From an uncultured Candidatus Saccharibacteria bacterium (GTDB lineage: Bacteria; Patescibacteriota; Minisyncoccia; Phycocordibacterales; Phycocordibacteraceae), in NCBI GenBank assembly GCA_964360855.1, contig CAYHXV010000001.1, forward strand, positions 20,042 to 84,041: a stretch of DNA of 64,000 nt, written 5' to 3'. Below, one piece after another: positions 27,889 to 37,353 of the stretch (positions are counted from its first letter, which is position 1; each line of letters begins with the position of its first letter). The notes beneath the pieces are model-generated. The model saw only the letters and a list, made by a program, of their open reading frames with translations, did not search any database and was not told the DNA's origin. Both the position numbers and the translations under genes were made by a program.

Positions 27889-28899
27889 CTATCGAGAATG
27901 ATCCACCGTGTCACCATTAATGGTGCCCACAGCTTTGGCGAGTCGTTCATAGCGCTCACTCAACTCAAACCACTTATCCTTGGGCACAGCTGTTTTGCCA
28001 AGATTGCGTAGACCCGTAAGTATCTCTGGCAGTGCGGCTCTGACGCTTCTGCGTTCGAGGCTTGCAAGTGCTTCTGCTTCAGTATCGATGGAGAACAATT
28101 CATCAATATCAACTGAGCTTTCAACTCTATCAAACAGTTCTTTTAGGTATATAAAGACACCTTCACTCAAGGACATCTCAGGTTGATTCTTTGCATGTTC
28201 TGCTTGCTCCTCTTCGAAGAGAACGTGAATCCTTTCGAGATAGGTTTCGCAACTCTTTCGAGTTCCTTGATCTGCAATTTCAGTTATTGCTGCACGTAGC
28301 GCGGTCTCATCAAAAGACAGTTTGATTTGTCCTTGTTTTTCATAGGTGTATTCCCATGGCCTGAACTCCGGCAAATACTTAACGGCTCCGTCGGCATTTT
28401 TCGAGTAGTTGCTTTCCTTTGGTCTAAAGCCCAGAGGTAGACCTATGCGCGTAAGATCAGCTTCCACCGAGGGTATCTTTCCACCCATTTCATTGAACAT
28501 CTTGGTCTCTGCGCCGTAGGTGGCCCGACCAGCTGCGCGCTGTTTTTGAAATGCTTCCTGACCTTTTGTGTGTGCGACTCGCTCTCTATCAATGGTCTGC
28601 TGGAAATCAAGCGTTTCTCCGACCTGATAGACGTCAGGGACGCTCTGTGGGAGCAAGAGGTGCGCAATCTTGGTGAGATAATAGACACCCTTTAATTTGC
28701 GTGGACTGTCTCGATCAATACCGACGACTTCAGTATGTAAAGCAATAGCCTCGCCTTTCGGTCCCGGTATAATAACTGCCCCTTTCGACTCAAGTATCGA
28801 AACCACTTTCTCTTCATTCAGCGGATTGACATGTACCTCCTTAGTATTTGAGGCACCAATTGGTTTCTTCCCCTCACTATTGAATCGGTCCAGTCTCAT
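27889..28899 (-). CDS. Hypothetical protein (336 aa)
   Basis: Long soluble ORF. No recognisable motifs. Confidence 0.5.
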   Translation of the reverse strand: MRLDRFNSEGKKPIGASNTKEVHVNPLNEEKVVSILESKGAVIIPGPKGEAIALHTEVVGIDRDSPRKLKGVYYLTKIAHLLLPQSVPDVYQVGETLDFQQTIDRERVAHTKGQEAFQKQRAAGRATYGAETKMFNEMGGKIPSVEADLTRIGLPLGFRPKESNYSKNADGAVKYLPEFRPWEYTYEKQGQIKLSFDETALRAAITEIADQGTRKSCETYLERIHVLFEEEQAEHAKNQPEMSLSEGVFIYLKELFDRVESSVDIDELFSIDTEAEALASLERRSVRAALPEILTGLRNLGKTAVPKDKWFELSERYERLAKAVGTINGDTVDHSR

Positions 28900-28988
28900 A
28901 CTGCTCAGTATAGCAACAGGAGGAACTTGAATGGAAACTCCTCTCTAAGGTAGGCAGTTATACCAACCGGACAAGAGGGAGAAATGTC

Positions 28989-29513
28989 ATGAAAACCGTC
29001 ATACGCCGGGCAACGCAAGAAGATGTTGCGCATATTGGCGCCATAAACAGCGCAGTCTTCCTCGGAGACAGAAAAGAGGGAGAGGGCGCCGTCTCCTGGG
29101 TGCAGTGTTGGTTCAACGCATTCCCCCTCTATCAGTACTTTGTTGTTGAAGAGGCGGGAGTGATCGTTGGCTACGCGGGCTGGCAACTGCATGGTGGGTT
29201 CCATCGCGCAGAGCCCGTCATTGAACTCGATCAGATCGGTGTGCTTCCCGCCAACCAAGGGAAAGGACTAGCTCCCAAACTCATTCAGCACTGTATGCAG
29301 GAGTTGCTTGAATGGGCCAAGGAGCACAACGATCGCATCGAGAGCCACCTCACCTTCGTGGTGTGGGCATACGCACTCAACTTCAATGCGGTGAGCGTGT
29401 ACGCCAAGTACTTTACCGATGGAGTGAGTGGTCTGCGCACTCAGTTTGGTGCCAGAGCTGAGAACATGCTCCGGGTGCGCATTCCTATCGTGCGGCCGGT
29501 CCGAGAGGAGTAG
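28989..29513 (+). CDS. GNAT family N-acetyltransferase
   Basis: VIVGYAGWQL...IELDQIGVLPANQGKGLAPKLIQ fits the acetyl-CoA binding motif A (Q/RxxGxG/A). Confidence 0.8.
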   Translation: MKTVIRRATQEDVAHIGAINSAVFLGDRKEGEGAVSWVQCWFNAFPLYQYFVVEEAGVIVGYAGWQLHGGFHRAEPVIELDQIGVLPANQGKGLAPKLIQHCMQELLEWAKEHNDRIESHLTFVVWAYALNFNAVSVYAKYFTDGVSGLRTQFGARAENMLRVRIPIVRPVREE

Positions 29514-29518
29514 CTAGT

Positions 29519-29556
29519 GCCCCGAGTGTAAAAGCTCGGGGCACTCTCACTTAACG
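29519..29556. terminator. 11-bp palindromic hairpin (AGTGCCCCGAG...CTCGGGGCACT) between convergent GNAT and YdeI-like genes
   Basis: Seen directly in the sequence. No clear T-tract. Confidence 0.4.
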
Positions 29557-29796
29557 ATGAGAGCAGCCCTCCCAACAGCAGGGTCTGCGCATTCCACCCT
29601 TAAGCTTAGACAGTGCTTTTTCAATACGGATAGCCCTCGTTTCCGCTTTCTTTCCAGAAGTAACCCAACAAATCCACTCGTTGCGCGCGAGAGGGGTGAT
29701 ATCTTGCCACAGTGTCAGTGCCGCAGAGGAGTCAGTTAGAGCCTTTCGTAAGTCCTCAGGCAGTTTGTGTACCGTGCCAGAGGCAAGTCCTTTCAT
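29551..29796 (-). CDS. YdeI/OmpD-associated-family-like small protein
   Basis: 81 aa. LPEDLRKAL...W..ITPLARNEWICWVTSGKKAETRAIRIEK resembles the PF13376 pattern. Confidence 0.45.
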   Translation of the reverse strand: MKGLASGTVHKLPEDLRKALTDSSAALTLWQDITPLARNEWICWVTSGKKAETRAIRIEKALSKLKGGMRRPCCWEGCSHR

Positions 29797-29945
29797 GGGG
29801 TAACTATAGCAATAAAAGACGTGCAGCAGAAAGGGGATCAGGAGCCTTTATTCGCGAACTGTCAATGATCAAGTCTGTATGGTGAGTTCTTGGAGTCTTA
29901 TACGATGCGTCTCGTATAAGAGGCTGGTATCTTGATCACCCACCT

Positions 29946-30626
29946 CTAGTTTGCAGGCTCATTAAATTTAAAGCTGGAAAGGATTTTCTGAAGAGTTGGA
30001 TTCAAGCCATTAATGGCGGGGCTGATCATGATCTTTAATCCATATTTGCTGTTGATCGGTACGATATATACAGCTGGAGATTGGTGTAAAAAGGCATATG
30101 CTTGAATTCCGCCGACTGTCGCGTTTGATGCGACTACTTTAGTAGTAACATTCTTCGCTTCTCTACAATACGTGCTCATGTTGAAGTCTGTACAGCTTAT
30201 GCTGACCCACTCCTTTTTAGACGAGTCATACATGATTTCAGCGGAAGGATCTTCACCGACCCGAAGATTCCCTATGGGAAGAACTTCGACCGAAGCTCTC
30301 ATTCTTTGTGCTGAATCTGATGAGGCGTAAGAAAAATTATAGGTATCCTCTCGCTTCCAATTAGAAGGTACTTCGAAGCCAAAGCCTCTCTCGTCCGCAT
30401 ACCGTATCCATTCCGTTTCGTTAGCAGTCTTGATAACTGGATTTTGTATTGCAGCCTCTCCTGCTATATCATTTTTTTCTGTCGTTGAAGTAGAAGAAGT
30501 GCTTGCCGCTTTCTTCATTTGGTCTGGACTGGAAACAGATCTCTTTGCAAAGACGTAATATCCTCCGATAGCGAGAATTACGATAAGTATGAGACCGAAT
30601 AGGATTTGATAGCGTTGAGTTTTCAT
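29946..30626 (-). CDS. Membrane-anchored hypothetical protein
   Basis: N-terminal TM (ILFGLILIVILAIGGYYVF), then a ~190-aa extracytoplasmic domain. Confidence 0.5.
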   Translation of the reverse strand: MKTQRYQILFGLILIVILAIGGYYVFAKRSVSSPDQMKKAASTSSTSTTEKNDIAGEAAIQNPVIKTANETEWIRYADERGFGFEVPSNWKREDTYNFSYASSDSAQRMRASVEVLPIGNLRVGEDPSAEIMYDSSKKEWVSISCTDFNMSTYCREAKNVTTKVVASNATVGGIQAYAFLHQSPAVYIVPINSKYGLKIMISPAINGLNPTLQKILSSFKFNEPAN

Positions 30627-30698
30627 GAAGAAATTGTATCACCCTTATAGTTTCCAGAGAGCCGTTAGATTTCTCGAACGCAAGAACCTAACACAACT

Positions 30699-30772
30699 TG
30701 GCTGGGAGATTAGGGATCGAACCTAAATTCACGGCTTCAAAGGCCGCTGTCCTACCATTAGACGATCTCCCA
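30699..30772 (-). tRNA. tRNA-Gln (anticodon TTG), CCA encoded
   Basis: Manual fold: acceptor TGGGAGA/TCTCCCA, anticodon stem GCGGC/GCCGT with loop CTTTGAA, T-arm TTAGG-TTCGATC-CCTAA, discriminator G. Confidence 0.8.
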
Positions 30773-30784
30773 ATAGCGCACAAA

Positions 30785-31819
30785 CTAATCTTGCCTAGAA
30801 ACCTCCAACACTGCAAGCTCGAGCGGCAGTGCTGGAATGGGGCTAAAGCGCATCCGACTCGCCGCATCGAGAAACATGCGCAGAGTGTTGTGTGTCAGCT
30901 TTGAATCTTTGGTACTCGCCAGTGCCTCCACTTCTCCATACACATCTGCCCCAAGCTCAGCTTGAATGTCTTTGCGCAGCTCTGGCGCGTGCCGCACCAG
31001 AAGCACCGAGCGCATGAATTCAAGCACCAACGAAAGATAGAGATTCATGTCCACGTCCTGCCCGCTCGCACTACGCACCGCAACCAGCGCCTCCTCTGTC
31101 TTCCCCTCAGACAGAGCCCGAACAAGCGCACACACTAGTGCATGCTTTGGCGCTCCGGTAGCTTGTTCAACCTCTACCAGAGACAGTTTCTTGTCCGTTG
31201 CCGAGGCAAGTACTTTCTCAAGCACCGAGAGTGCGTCACGGTATGAACCATCGGCAAGCATACCAATGAGATCTGCTCCAGCTAGCTCGAGGCTGTATCC
31301 CTCCTTCTTTGCCACACTCGCAACGAGCGTGGACAACCCTTCTCGGTTTGGCTTCCTAAACTCAAACACCTGGCAGCGAGACCGCACCGTCTCCGGAACT
31401 TTCTCAAGCTCAGTGGTGGCAAGAATGAAGATGGCATGTGCAGGAGGCTCCTCGAGCGTCTTCAAGAAAGCATTCCATGCTCCTTTAGATAGCATGTGTG
31501 CCTCGTCCAAGATGTACACCTTGTACGGGGAATTGAACGGCAGGGTGTACACCTGCTCGGTCAGAGAGCGTATCTCATCCACCCCGTTGTTTGAAGCAGC
31601 ATCAATCTCATAGAGATCTCTATCTGAAACTCCTAACTCTTGAGCAAAAATGCGCGCAACAGAAGTCTTCCCCAGTCCCCGACTTCCGGCAAACAAATAC
31701 GCATGTCCCACTTTCTTAAGAGAGAGTTGCTCCTGAAGCGGCCTCACGATCTGATCCTGCCCAATGAGGTCTTTAAAGGTGTGCGGACGATATGCGCGAT
31801 ACAGGGACTGGTGTGCCAT
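30785..31819 (-). CDS. dnaX: DNA polymerase III subunit gamma/tau, short form (~344 aa)
   Basis: AHQSLYRAYRPHTFKDLIGQDQIV...GSRGLGKTSVARIFA...YILDEAHML...SRCQVFEF are clamp-loader AAA+ motifs. Start MAHQSLY; the ORF-track upstream extension overlaps dus. Confidence 0.85.
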   Translation of the reverse strand: MAHQSLYRAYRPHTFKDLIGQDQIVRPLQEQLSLKKVGHAYLFAGSRGLGKTSVARIFAQELGVSDRDLYEIDAASNNGVDEIRSLTEQVYTLPFNSPYKVYILDEAHMLSKGAWNAFLKTLEEPPAHAIFILATTELEKVPETVRSRCQVFEFRKPNREGLSTLVASVAKKEGYSLELAGADLIGMLADGSYRDALSVLEKVLASATDKKLSLVEVEQATGAPKHALVCALVRALSEGKTEEALVAVRSASGQDVDMNLYLSLVLEFMRSVLLVRHAPELRKDIQAELGADVYGEVEALASTKDSKLTHNTLRMFLDAASRMRFSPIPALPLELAVLEVSRQD

Positions 31820-31826
31820 AGGGGGA

Positions 31827-32774
31827 TTATAGCAGTGCCCTAAACGAAGCGTAATCATCTGCTTCCATGAGTTTGGTGCGAAGCTCGCCAGACCCCTCAA
31901 ATCCCGTCACAAACGCTTTCACATGCTTCTTCAATATATGGAAGGACTTCTGGGGACGGAGCTGCTCATACCCACTTGCTAGCTCGAGCAGTGCCTTCAG
32001 TTTCTCCTCTCGGGAGACATCAAAGCGCTCGGTAAACAACCAAGGATTCCCGAATATTGCCCGCCCTAGCATAATGCCGTCTGCTCCAGACTCATGAGCG
32101 CGCACCCGTGCCTCTGCAATATCCTGCACATCCCCGTTCCCGAGTATGAGCGTCTCGGGACTCACTCGATCACGAATACGCACCGCTTCGGGCATCAATT
32201 CCCAGTGTGCGGGAACCTTACTCATTTCTTTGCGTGTACGCAGGTGCACGGTGAGGGCTGCTGGTTTTTCCTCAAGCACACTCGTTAACCACTCCCCCAT
32301 GTTCTCACTGTTGTATCCAATGCGCGTCTTCACCGAGACGGGCAGGCCACTCTGGGCTGCCGCTCGAATAATTTCCTTAGCGCGTTCAGGATTCTTAATC
32401 ATAGCGGCCCCACAACCCTGCTTTTCAATAGACTTATCAGGGCACCCCATATTGATGTCTACCCCATCAAATCCGAGAGAAGCACAAAGCTTCGCTGCGT
32501 ACGCCATGTTCTCCGGGTTACTCGAGAACAACTGCGCCACAATAGGGCGCTCTGCTTCGGAGAAGAGAAGATCCCGCATGAGCGGATTCTCTTCGTCCTT
32601 CATGCCCTTCTTTTCGCGTGTATGAAAAATACCATCCGCTGAAACAAACTCCGTCCAGGTGACGTCCGCCGCCCCATAGGCAGCGATTATCTTGCGGTAT
32701 GCCGGGTCCGTCACATCCGCCATGGGGGCGAGTGCAAAGAATGGCTTTGGTAGCTTGGTCCAGAATGAATCCAT
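31827..32774 (-). CDS. dus: tRNA-dihydrouridine synthase
   Basis: FALAPMADVTD..., VDINMGCPDKS, GCGAAMIK are Dus family motifs. Confidence 0.85.
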   Translation of the reverse strand: MDSFWTKLPKPFFALAPMADVTDPAYRKIIAAYGAADVTWTEFVSADGIFHTREKKGMKDEENPLMRDLLFSEAERPIVAQLFSSNPENMAYAAKLCASLGFDGVDINMGCPDKSIEKQGCGAAMIKNPERAKEIIRAAAQSGLPVSVKTRIGYNSENMGEWLTSVLEEKPAALTVHLRTRKEMSKVPAHWELMPEAVRIRDRVSPETLILGNGDVQDIAEARVRAHESGADGIMLGRAIFGNPWLFTERFDVSREEKLKALLELASGYEQLRPQKSFHILKKHVKAFVTGFEGSGELRTKLMEADDYASFRALL

Positions 32775-32806
32775 GTGTAATGACTACCGCATTGCCCACC
32801 CTCTGT

Positions 32807-33745
32807 CTACTCACTGCTTCCGCGCTTGCGCAGATACACCTTGCGCTCAAAGCGCAAATCAACATACTCAACACTTCCATCATTCAAGGAGAGTGTGGGG
32901 AATACACTTGCGGCAAGGGTAGCCGCTGCTCGCTCCTGGCCGATGATGTAGGTGATGCGAGTTCTCCCAGTTGTATAGAAATCAGCTTCGTCCCCTCGAA
33001 ACGCCACCTCTGCAATATTGGCGTTTAGTCCTTTCAGTGCACGCGCAAGCTGCAGAGTATTTGGAATACTCTCGGTGTTCGTTAGATGAGAGCGTATCGG
33101 CGTAAGGGGGTCTCCATCAATAGGCGCATACATACGAAGGTGAAGTGTTGAGGATGCCACCGGCACTTCTCCCGTATAGGGCGCAAAGATAAGTCCGTCC
33201 GGGTCTGCGGCATAACAAGGCTCCGTTGCTGTCTCGCGCGCAACACCGCACCATACAAAGGCACTGGTGCGCGCTATGGGCACCACATGGAGCGTGGTTA
33301 GCCCCTCAGGCTTGAATGAAACCGCAACAATATCGGGGTGCTCTTTGAGTATTCTCTTTCTAATGTCGGACTCTGGAATAAAGAACAGGGAGTTGCGCGG
33401 AACTATAAGGAAGTAGCTGCCCCTTAGGGCTCCCATACTTAGTTCGATCACACTCTCGCTACTAGCTCCCTCTGCGGTCACCTGCTGTATGCGAAGCGGC
33501 GGAAGCCAGACAAGATAAAACAAGCACGCGAGTGAAAGCACCACAACTATCGAGAGGCCAATAAAGAAAAACTTCTTAGCCCGTTTACGACGAAGCTTCA
33601 GTGGTTCACTCGAAACTGGCGGGCGAGCTTTACGAACTGCCTTCACGGGAGCAGCGCGTTTAACAGCGCTAGCAGCGCGAACGGGAACCGGTCGCGTTGC
33701 TGCTACCGGCTTACGCTCGATGTCCCAGGATTTCTTTGCCGACAT
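32807..33745 (-). CDS. ftsQ: Cell division protein FtsQ/DivIB-like (POTRA domain)
   Basis: Basic N-terminus, single TM (FFFIGLSIVVVLSLACLFYLVWL), then a POTRA-like region (IQQVTAEGASS...YFLIVP...I..HPDIVAVSF). Start at the internal Met, overlapping the serS 3' end by 35 nt. Confidence 0.6.
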   Translation of the reverse strand: MSAKKSWDIERKPVAATRPVPVRAASAVKRAAPVKAVRKARPPVSSEPLKLRRKRAKKFFFIGLSIVVVLSLACLFYLVWLPPLRIQQVTAEGASSESVIELSMGALRGSYFLIVPRNSLFFIPESDIRKRILKEHPDIVAVSFKPEGLTTLHVVPIARTSAFVWCGVARETATEPCYAADPDGLIFAPYTGEVPVASSTLHLRMYAPIDGDPLTPIRSHLTNTESIPNTLQLARALKGLNANIAEVAFRGDEADFYTTGRTRITYIIGQERAAATLAASVFPTLSLNDGSVEYVDLRFERKVYLRKRGSSE

Positions 33746-34979
33746 AGGGAACGAGTACCTCGGGCACACGTACCGTGCCGTCCTCCTGCTGATAGTTCTC
33801 AACTATAGATACCAAGATGCGTGGCGTTGGAATAGCTGTTGAATTCAAAGAGTGTGCGAAACGAAGTACCCCTGCTTCATCTCGATAGCGAATATTTAAT
33901 CTGCGGGTCTGGAAATCGTGGAAGTATGAAGCGGAACTAATCTCCCGATACGTATTCTCTCCGGGAACCCACAACTCAATATCATATTTCTTCACCTGTC
34001 CCAGACCCAAATCTCCTCCACAGTTAATAACCGTATGATACGGAATGCCCAAGAGTTCAATAAACTCTTCGGTGTTGCGGTTCAGCCAATCATGCAAGCG
34101 CACAGACTCAGTGTGGTCTGCTCGGCAAAGCACCACCTGCTCCCACTTCTGGAACTCGTGTACTCTGATAAGTCCCCGCACATCTTTTCCATGCGAGCCA
34201 GCTTCTCGTCTAAAGCAGGGAGAGAAGGCCAGGAACTTTGTTGTATCCTTTTCTAAATCAATCGTCTCATTCATGTAGTACCCCATAGTGGCTACTTCCG
34301 CCGTACCCGAGAGGTACTCCCCATCCTGGGTCTTATACAAATCCTCTTCACTCTGAGGCAAATACCCGGTTCCCATGAAAGTCTCTCGACGTACCAATGA
34401 AGGAACAATCATGGGCTCAAGGCCCTTTGCGGAAAAGTGCTTGAGCGCAAGTTGCGAAATCGCGTTGGCCAAGAGTACCCCGTCTCCCTTCAAGAAATAT
34501 CCCCGGAATCCCGCAACCTTGGTACCGCGTTCAAAGTCCGCCATGCCAAGGGCGGTCATAATATCCACATGGTTCTTGGGAGTGAAAGAGAACTGCGTTG
34601 GCTCTCCGTGTCTCGTCACTTCCACATTGTCCTGGTCCCCATCTCCCTCAGGCACCGTCATATCGGGAATGTTAGGCACGGAGAGCATAAGTGTCTGCCA
34701 CTCCTCGAGCACCGTCTTTAATTTCTCTTCCTGTTCCTGCATGCCGTCCTTAAGCATACGGAGGGACTCAAGAAGTTTATTCTTCTCCTCTCCTTGAATA
34801 TTGGTGATATTAAAGCTGGCACGATTCTGCTCTGCACGCCTGGCATCAAGTTCCTGCCGGAGACTCTTGCGCTCATCGTCCACCGCAATCAAGCGGTCGA
34901 TATCGACCTCAATATGCTTCTTGCGCGCGCCCTCCTTAATCAGGTCTGCGTTCTCCCGGATGAAATGGATATCAAGCAT
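33711..34979 (-). CDS. serS: Serine--tRNA ligase
   Basis: 422 aa with an N-terminal coiled-coil arm and class II motifs (FRREAGSHGKDVRGLIRVHEF; GTV). Overall SerRS layout. Confidence 0.9.
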   Translation of the reverse strand: MLDIHFIRENADLIKEGARKKHIEVDIDRLIAVDDERKSLRQELDARRAEQNRASFNITNIQGEEKNKLLESLRMLKDGMQEQEEKLKTVLEEWQTLMLSVPNIPDMTVPEGDGDQDNVEVTRHGEPTQFSFTPKNHVDIMTALGMADFERGTKVAGFRGYFLKGDGVLLANAISQLALKHFSAKGLEPMIVPSLVRRETFMGTGYLPQSEEDLYKTQDGEYLSGTAEVATMGYYMNETIDLEKDTTKFLAFSPCFRREAGSHGKDVRGLIRVHEFQKWEQVVLCRADHTESVRLHDWLNRNTEEFIELLGIPYHTVINCGGDLGLGQVKKYDIELWVPGENTYREISSASYFHDFQTRRLNIRYRDEAGVLRFAHSLNSTAIPTPRILVSIVENYQQEDGTVRVPEVLVPYVGKEILGHRA

Positions 34980-34984
34980 AGGAT

Positions 34985-35614
34985 TTATCGCTGATCAAGG
35001 GCTACCTTTCCCGCAAGCAGCACAAGTACTGCTCCCATTGCCTGTTCGACACGATGCAAAGAGCGAGTCAGTAAATTCTTAAAATAAGTCACGTTAAGGA
35101 AAAGTGTAAGGATTGAAAACCAAATACCAACAAGAACAGCAACCTCAAGGCCGTATGCAACTTTTAACACAAACGGTGTATTAATATTTATAACCTGGGT
35201 AAATATAGCAAGAAAGAATAGTGTTGCTTTTGGATTTAGTACATTGGTCAAGAAACCTTCCCTAAAGGAGGTAATGAGAGTTGTGTTTGGAGAGGTTTGA
35301 CTAAAAACTTCCTTCGCGCCCTCGGTTTTTTTGGAGAAGAGCATGTTAAGTCCTAGATAGAGCAGGTAGATAGCTCCGAGCCACTTAACGATAGTGAATG
35401 CAAGAATTGATTGCGAAACCAGTGTCCCTATGCCAATTATAGAATATGTGGCGTGCACTAAACAACCTGTAGCGACCCCGAGTGCTGTGACGATACCCGC
35501 ACGTTTGGAGCTGATAACGGCATTCTTGACCACCATAGCAAAATCGGGGCCAGGGCTCATGGCCCCAAGTAATGCCACTGCGCCTACAGAAAAAAATCCC
35601 AATACGTACTCCAT
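34985..35614 (-). CDS. LysE/RhtB family amino-acid exporter
   Basis: Six TM helices. N-terminal GAMSPGPDF motif typical of the LysE superfamily. Confidence 0.75.
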   Translation of the reverse strand: MEYVLGFFSVGAVALLGAMSPGPDFAMVVKNAVISSKRAGIVTALGVATGCLVHATYSIIGIGTLVSQSILAFTIVKWLGAIYLLYLGLNMLFSKKTEGAKEVFSQTSPNTTLITSFREGFLTNVLNPKATLFFLAIFTQVININTPFVLKVAYGLEVAVLVGIWFSILTLFLNVTYFKNLLTRSLHRVEQAMGAVLVLLAGKVALDQR

Positions 35615-35653
35615 AATAGAAAGCATAGTATGGAGAACGATTTGCGACAACTC

Positions 35654-36484
35654 ATGCCAGACGAATACCCCGCACAATTGCGGGAAATTCCCCAGGTTCC
35701 AAAGCATCTCTGGCTTCGCGGAACCCTCCCACCTTCCGACACAAAGTACCTGGCGGTGGTGGGTTCTAGAGCACTTACCCCCTACGGGCGGGAGGTTACC
35801 CGCACCCTTATTAAAGGACTCGCAGGATACCCCATCTCTATAGTTTCTGGATTAGCGTTGGGTACAGACGCAGAAGCACACCGAGCAGCGCTTGAATCCG
35901 GACTTCACACGGTTGCAATGCCAGGCTCAGGTATTGCAGACTCGGCCATTGCGCCTCGCACCAACTTTCAACTCGCTCAAGAAATTCTTAAGCAAGGCGG
36001 TGCCCTTCTCTCTGAATATCCGCCGGAGAGCCACGCAGCCACCTGGACATTCCCCCAGAGAAACAGACTCATGGTTGGGCTCTCGCATGCGGTACTGGTG
36101 ATAGAAGCAGGAGAGCGATCCGGCACTCTTATAACAGCCCGACTTGCCGGGGAATACAATCGAGACTTGTTGTGTGTCCCGCATCGTATTGGAGACGTGC
36201 ATGGATACGGTGCACACCTCTTTATTAGACTTGGTGCAGGACTCGTGAGTGAGAGCGCACACATTCTTGAGGCTCTGGGAATACGAGAGCGAGATGCTGT
36301 TGGTACTGCGCAAGTGCTCTCGCCAGACGAGCAGACGGTGTTCGACTTACTGGATAAACCACTGTCTCGCGAAGAGGTGATTGAACGCTCTTCCTTGTCT
36401 TCGGGAGACACGCTTTCGACACTGGTGATGCTTGAGCTGCGAGGGGTGGTGAAGGAAGAAATGGGGGTGTGGCGCAGGACATGA
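35654..36484 (+). CDS. dprA: DNA processing protein DprA (Smf)
   Basis: YLAVVGSRALTPYG...IVSGLALGTDAEAHRAAL is the DprA Rossmann-like domain. Start ambiguous (35630 or 35654). Confidence 0.85.
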   Translation: MPDEYPAQLREIPQVPKHLWLRGTLPPSDTKYLAVVGSRALTPYGREVTRTLIKGLAGYPISIVSGLALGTDAEAHRAALESGLHTVAMPGSGIADSAIAPRTNFQLAQEILKQGGALLSEYPPESHAATWTFPQRNRLMVGLSHAVLVIEAGERSGTLITARLAGEYNRDLLCVPHRIGDVHGYGAHLFIRLGAGLVSESAHILEALGIRERDAVGTAQVLSPDEQTVFDLLDKPLSREEVIERSSLSSGDTLSTLVMLELRGVVKEEMGVWRRT

Positions 36485-36536
36485 CAGAGAGGAATTTTAT
36501 GATATAGTTCGCTCGGATTAGAAAAAGGGACAAGTT

Positions 36537-36782
36537 ATGTCACTTCCGAAACCTGCCTGGCACTCCCTCTTTGAAGAAATGCCTACTCTCGCGAGTACTG
36601 ATGCACGACAAGATCTGAGTGCGACAATCCGATTGGTTGAGCAAGAACGGTCTCGAGTGCTGCTAACAACCTATGGTGCGCCACGCGCTGCGCTCATTTC
36701 GCTTCCCGATCTTGCACTGCTTCGCGTTCTCGATCAGCATCCTGGACTTCTGAAGAAAGTACGGTCTTTCATTCCAAACTGA
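36537..36782 (+). CDS. Phd/YefM-family antitoxin-like protein (no cognate toxin recognised)
   Basis: 81 aa. ARQDLSATIRLVEQERSRVLLTTYGAPRAALISLPDLALL fits the Phd/YefM N-terminal pattern. Confidence 0.45.
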   Translation: MSLPKPAWHSLFEEMPTLASTDARQDLSATIRLVEQERSRVLLTTYGAPRAALISLPDLALLRVLDQHPGLLKKVRSFIPN

Positions 36783-36793
36783 AGGAGATAGTA

Positions 36794-37165
36794 ATGCCTG
36801 TTATCAAGGTGTGGTGCTTGCCGCCACAATCTGAAGAGCAGTTGAAAGCGCTCTTTGACTCCATCATCGCGGCCACCGTCTCGGTGCGAGGATTCAACTT
36901 CAAAGGCATGACGGATACCACCGTTCTGTTTCCGTCCGACATGATGTCTTTCGGTATCGGAACCGATATCTGCATCGAAGCCGGAAGCCAGGCGTTCGCG
37001 CCTAGCAAGGTCGGTCAGGAAGAGCGCAACGCCTTCGCGCAAGCGATGGTTGGCGCCGTTGCCAAGCATTTCCCGAAAGCGAAGATTGAGTGCATCGCCT
37101 TCTCGTACAACTCGGGTGTTGACTGCGGGGTCGCTCACTACGAACCCGAGTCGAACTTGTCCTAG
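36794..37165 (+). CDS. Hypothetical protein, possibly tandem tautomerase-like fold
   Basis: Begins MPVIKVWCLPPQSEEQLKAL...FGIG, reminiscent of 4-OT-like tautomerases (Pro1). Weak assignment. Confidence 0.3.
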   Translation: MPVIKVWCLPPQSEEQLKALFDSIIAATVSVRGFNFKGMTDTTVLFPSDMMSFGIGTDICIEAGSQAFAPSKVGQEERNAFAQAMVGAVAKHFPKAKIECIAFSYNSGVDCGVAHYEPESNLS

Positions 37166-37257
37166 GGAAGGGCGCTCGAGCACACGTATCTGCATCTATT
37201 CTAAGGTCGCGTCCATGCCTATTGGATGCCCCAATAATCTGCATTGATGCAAACTTC

Positions 37258-37302
37258 CGCCCACCAAAGCCACTCGGCTTTGGTGGGTGGTTTCTGTTTT
37301 CT
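37258..37302 (+). terminator. Rho-independent terminator (CCCACCAAAGCC-loop-GGCTTTGGTGGG + T-rich)
   Basis: 12-bp stem followed by TGGTTTCTGTTTTCTT. Confidence 0.7.
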
Positions 37303-37353
37303 TAGAGGTTGTACCTTGACCTACCTATATAAGGTGCGGTATGAGTGAGCTAC

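Noticed and set aside
28905-29258. 117-aa minus-strand ORF overlapping the GNAT gene start
   Set aside because: Antisense to a clear GNAT acetyltransferase with motif support. No RBS.
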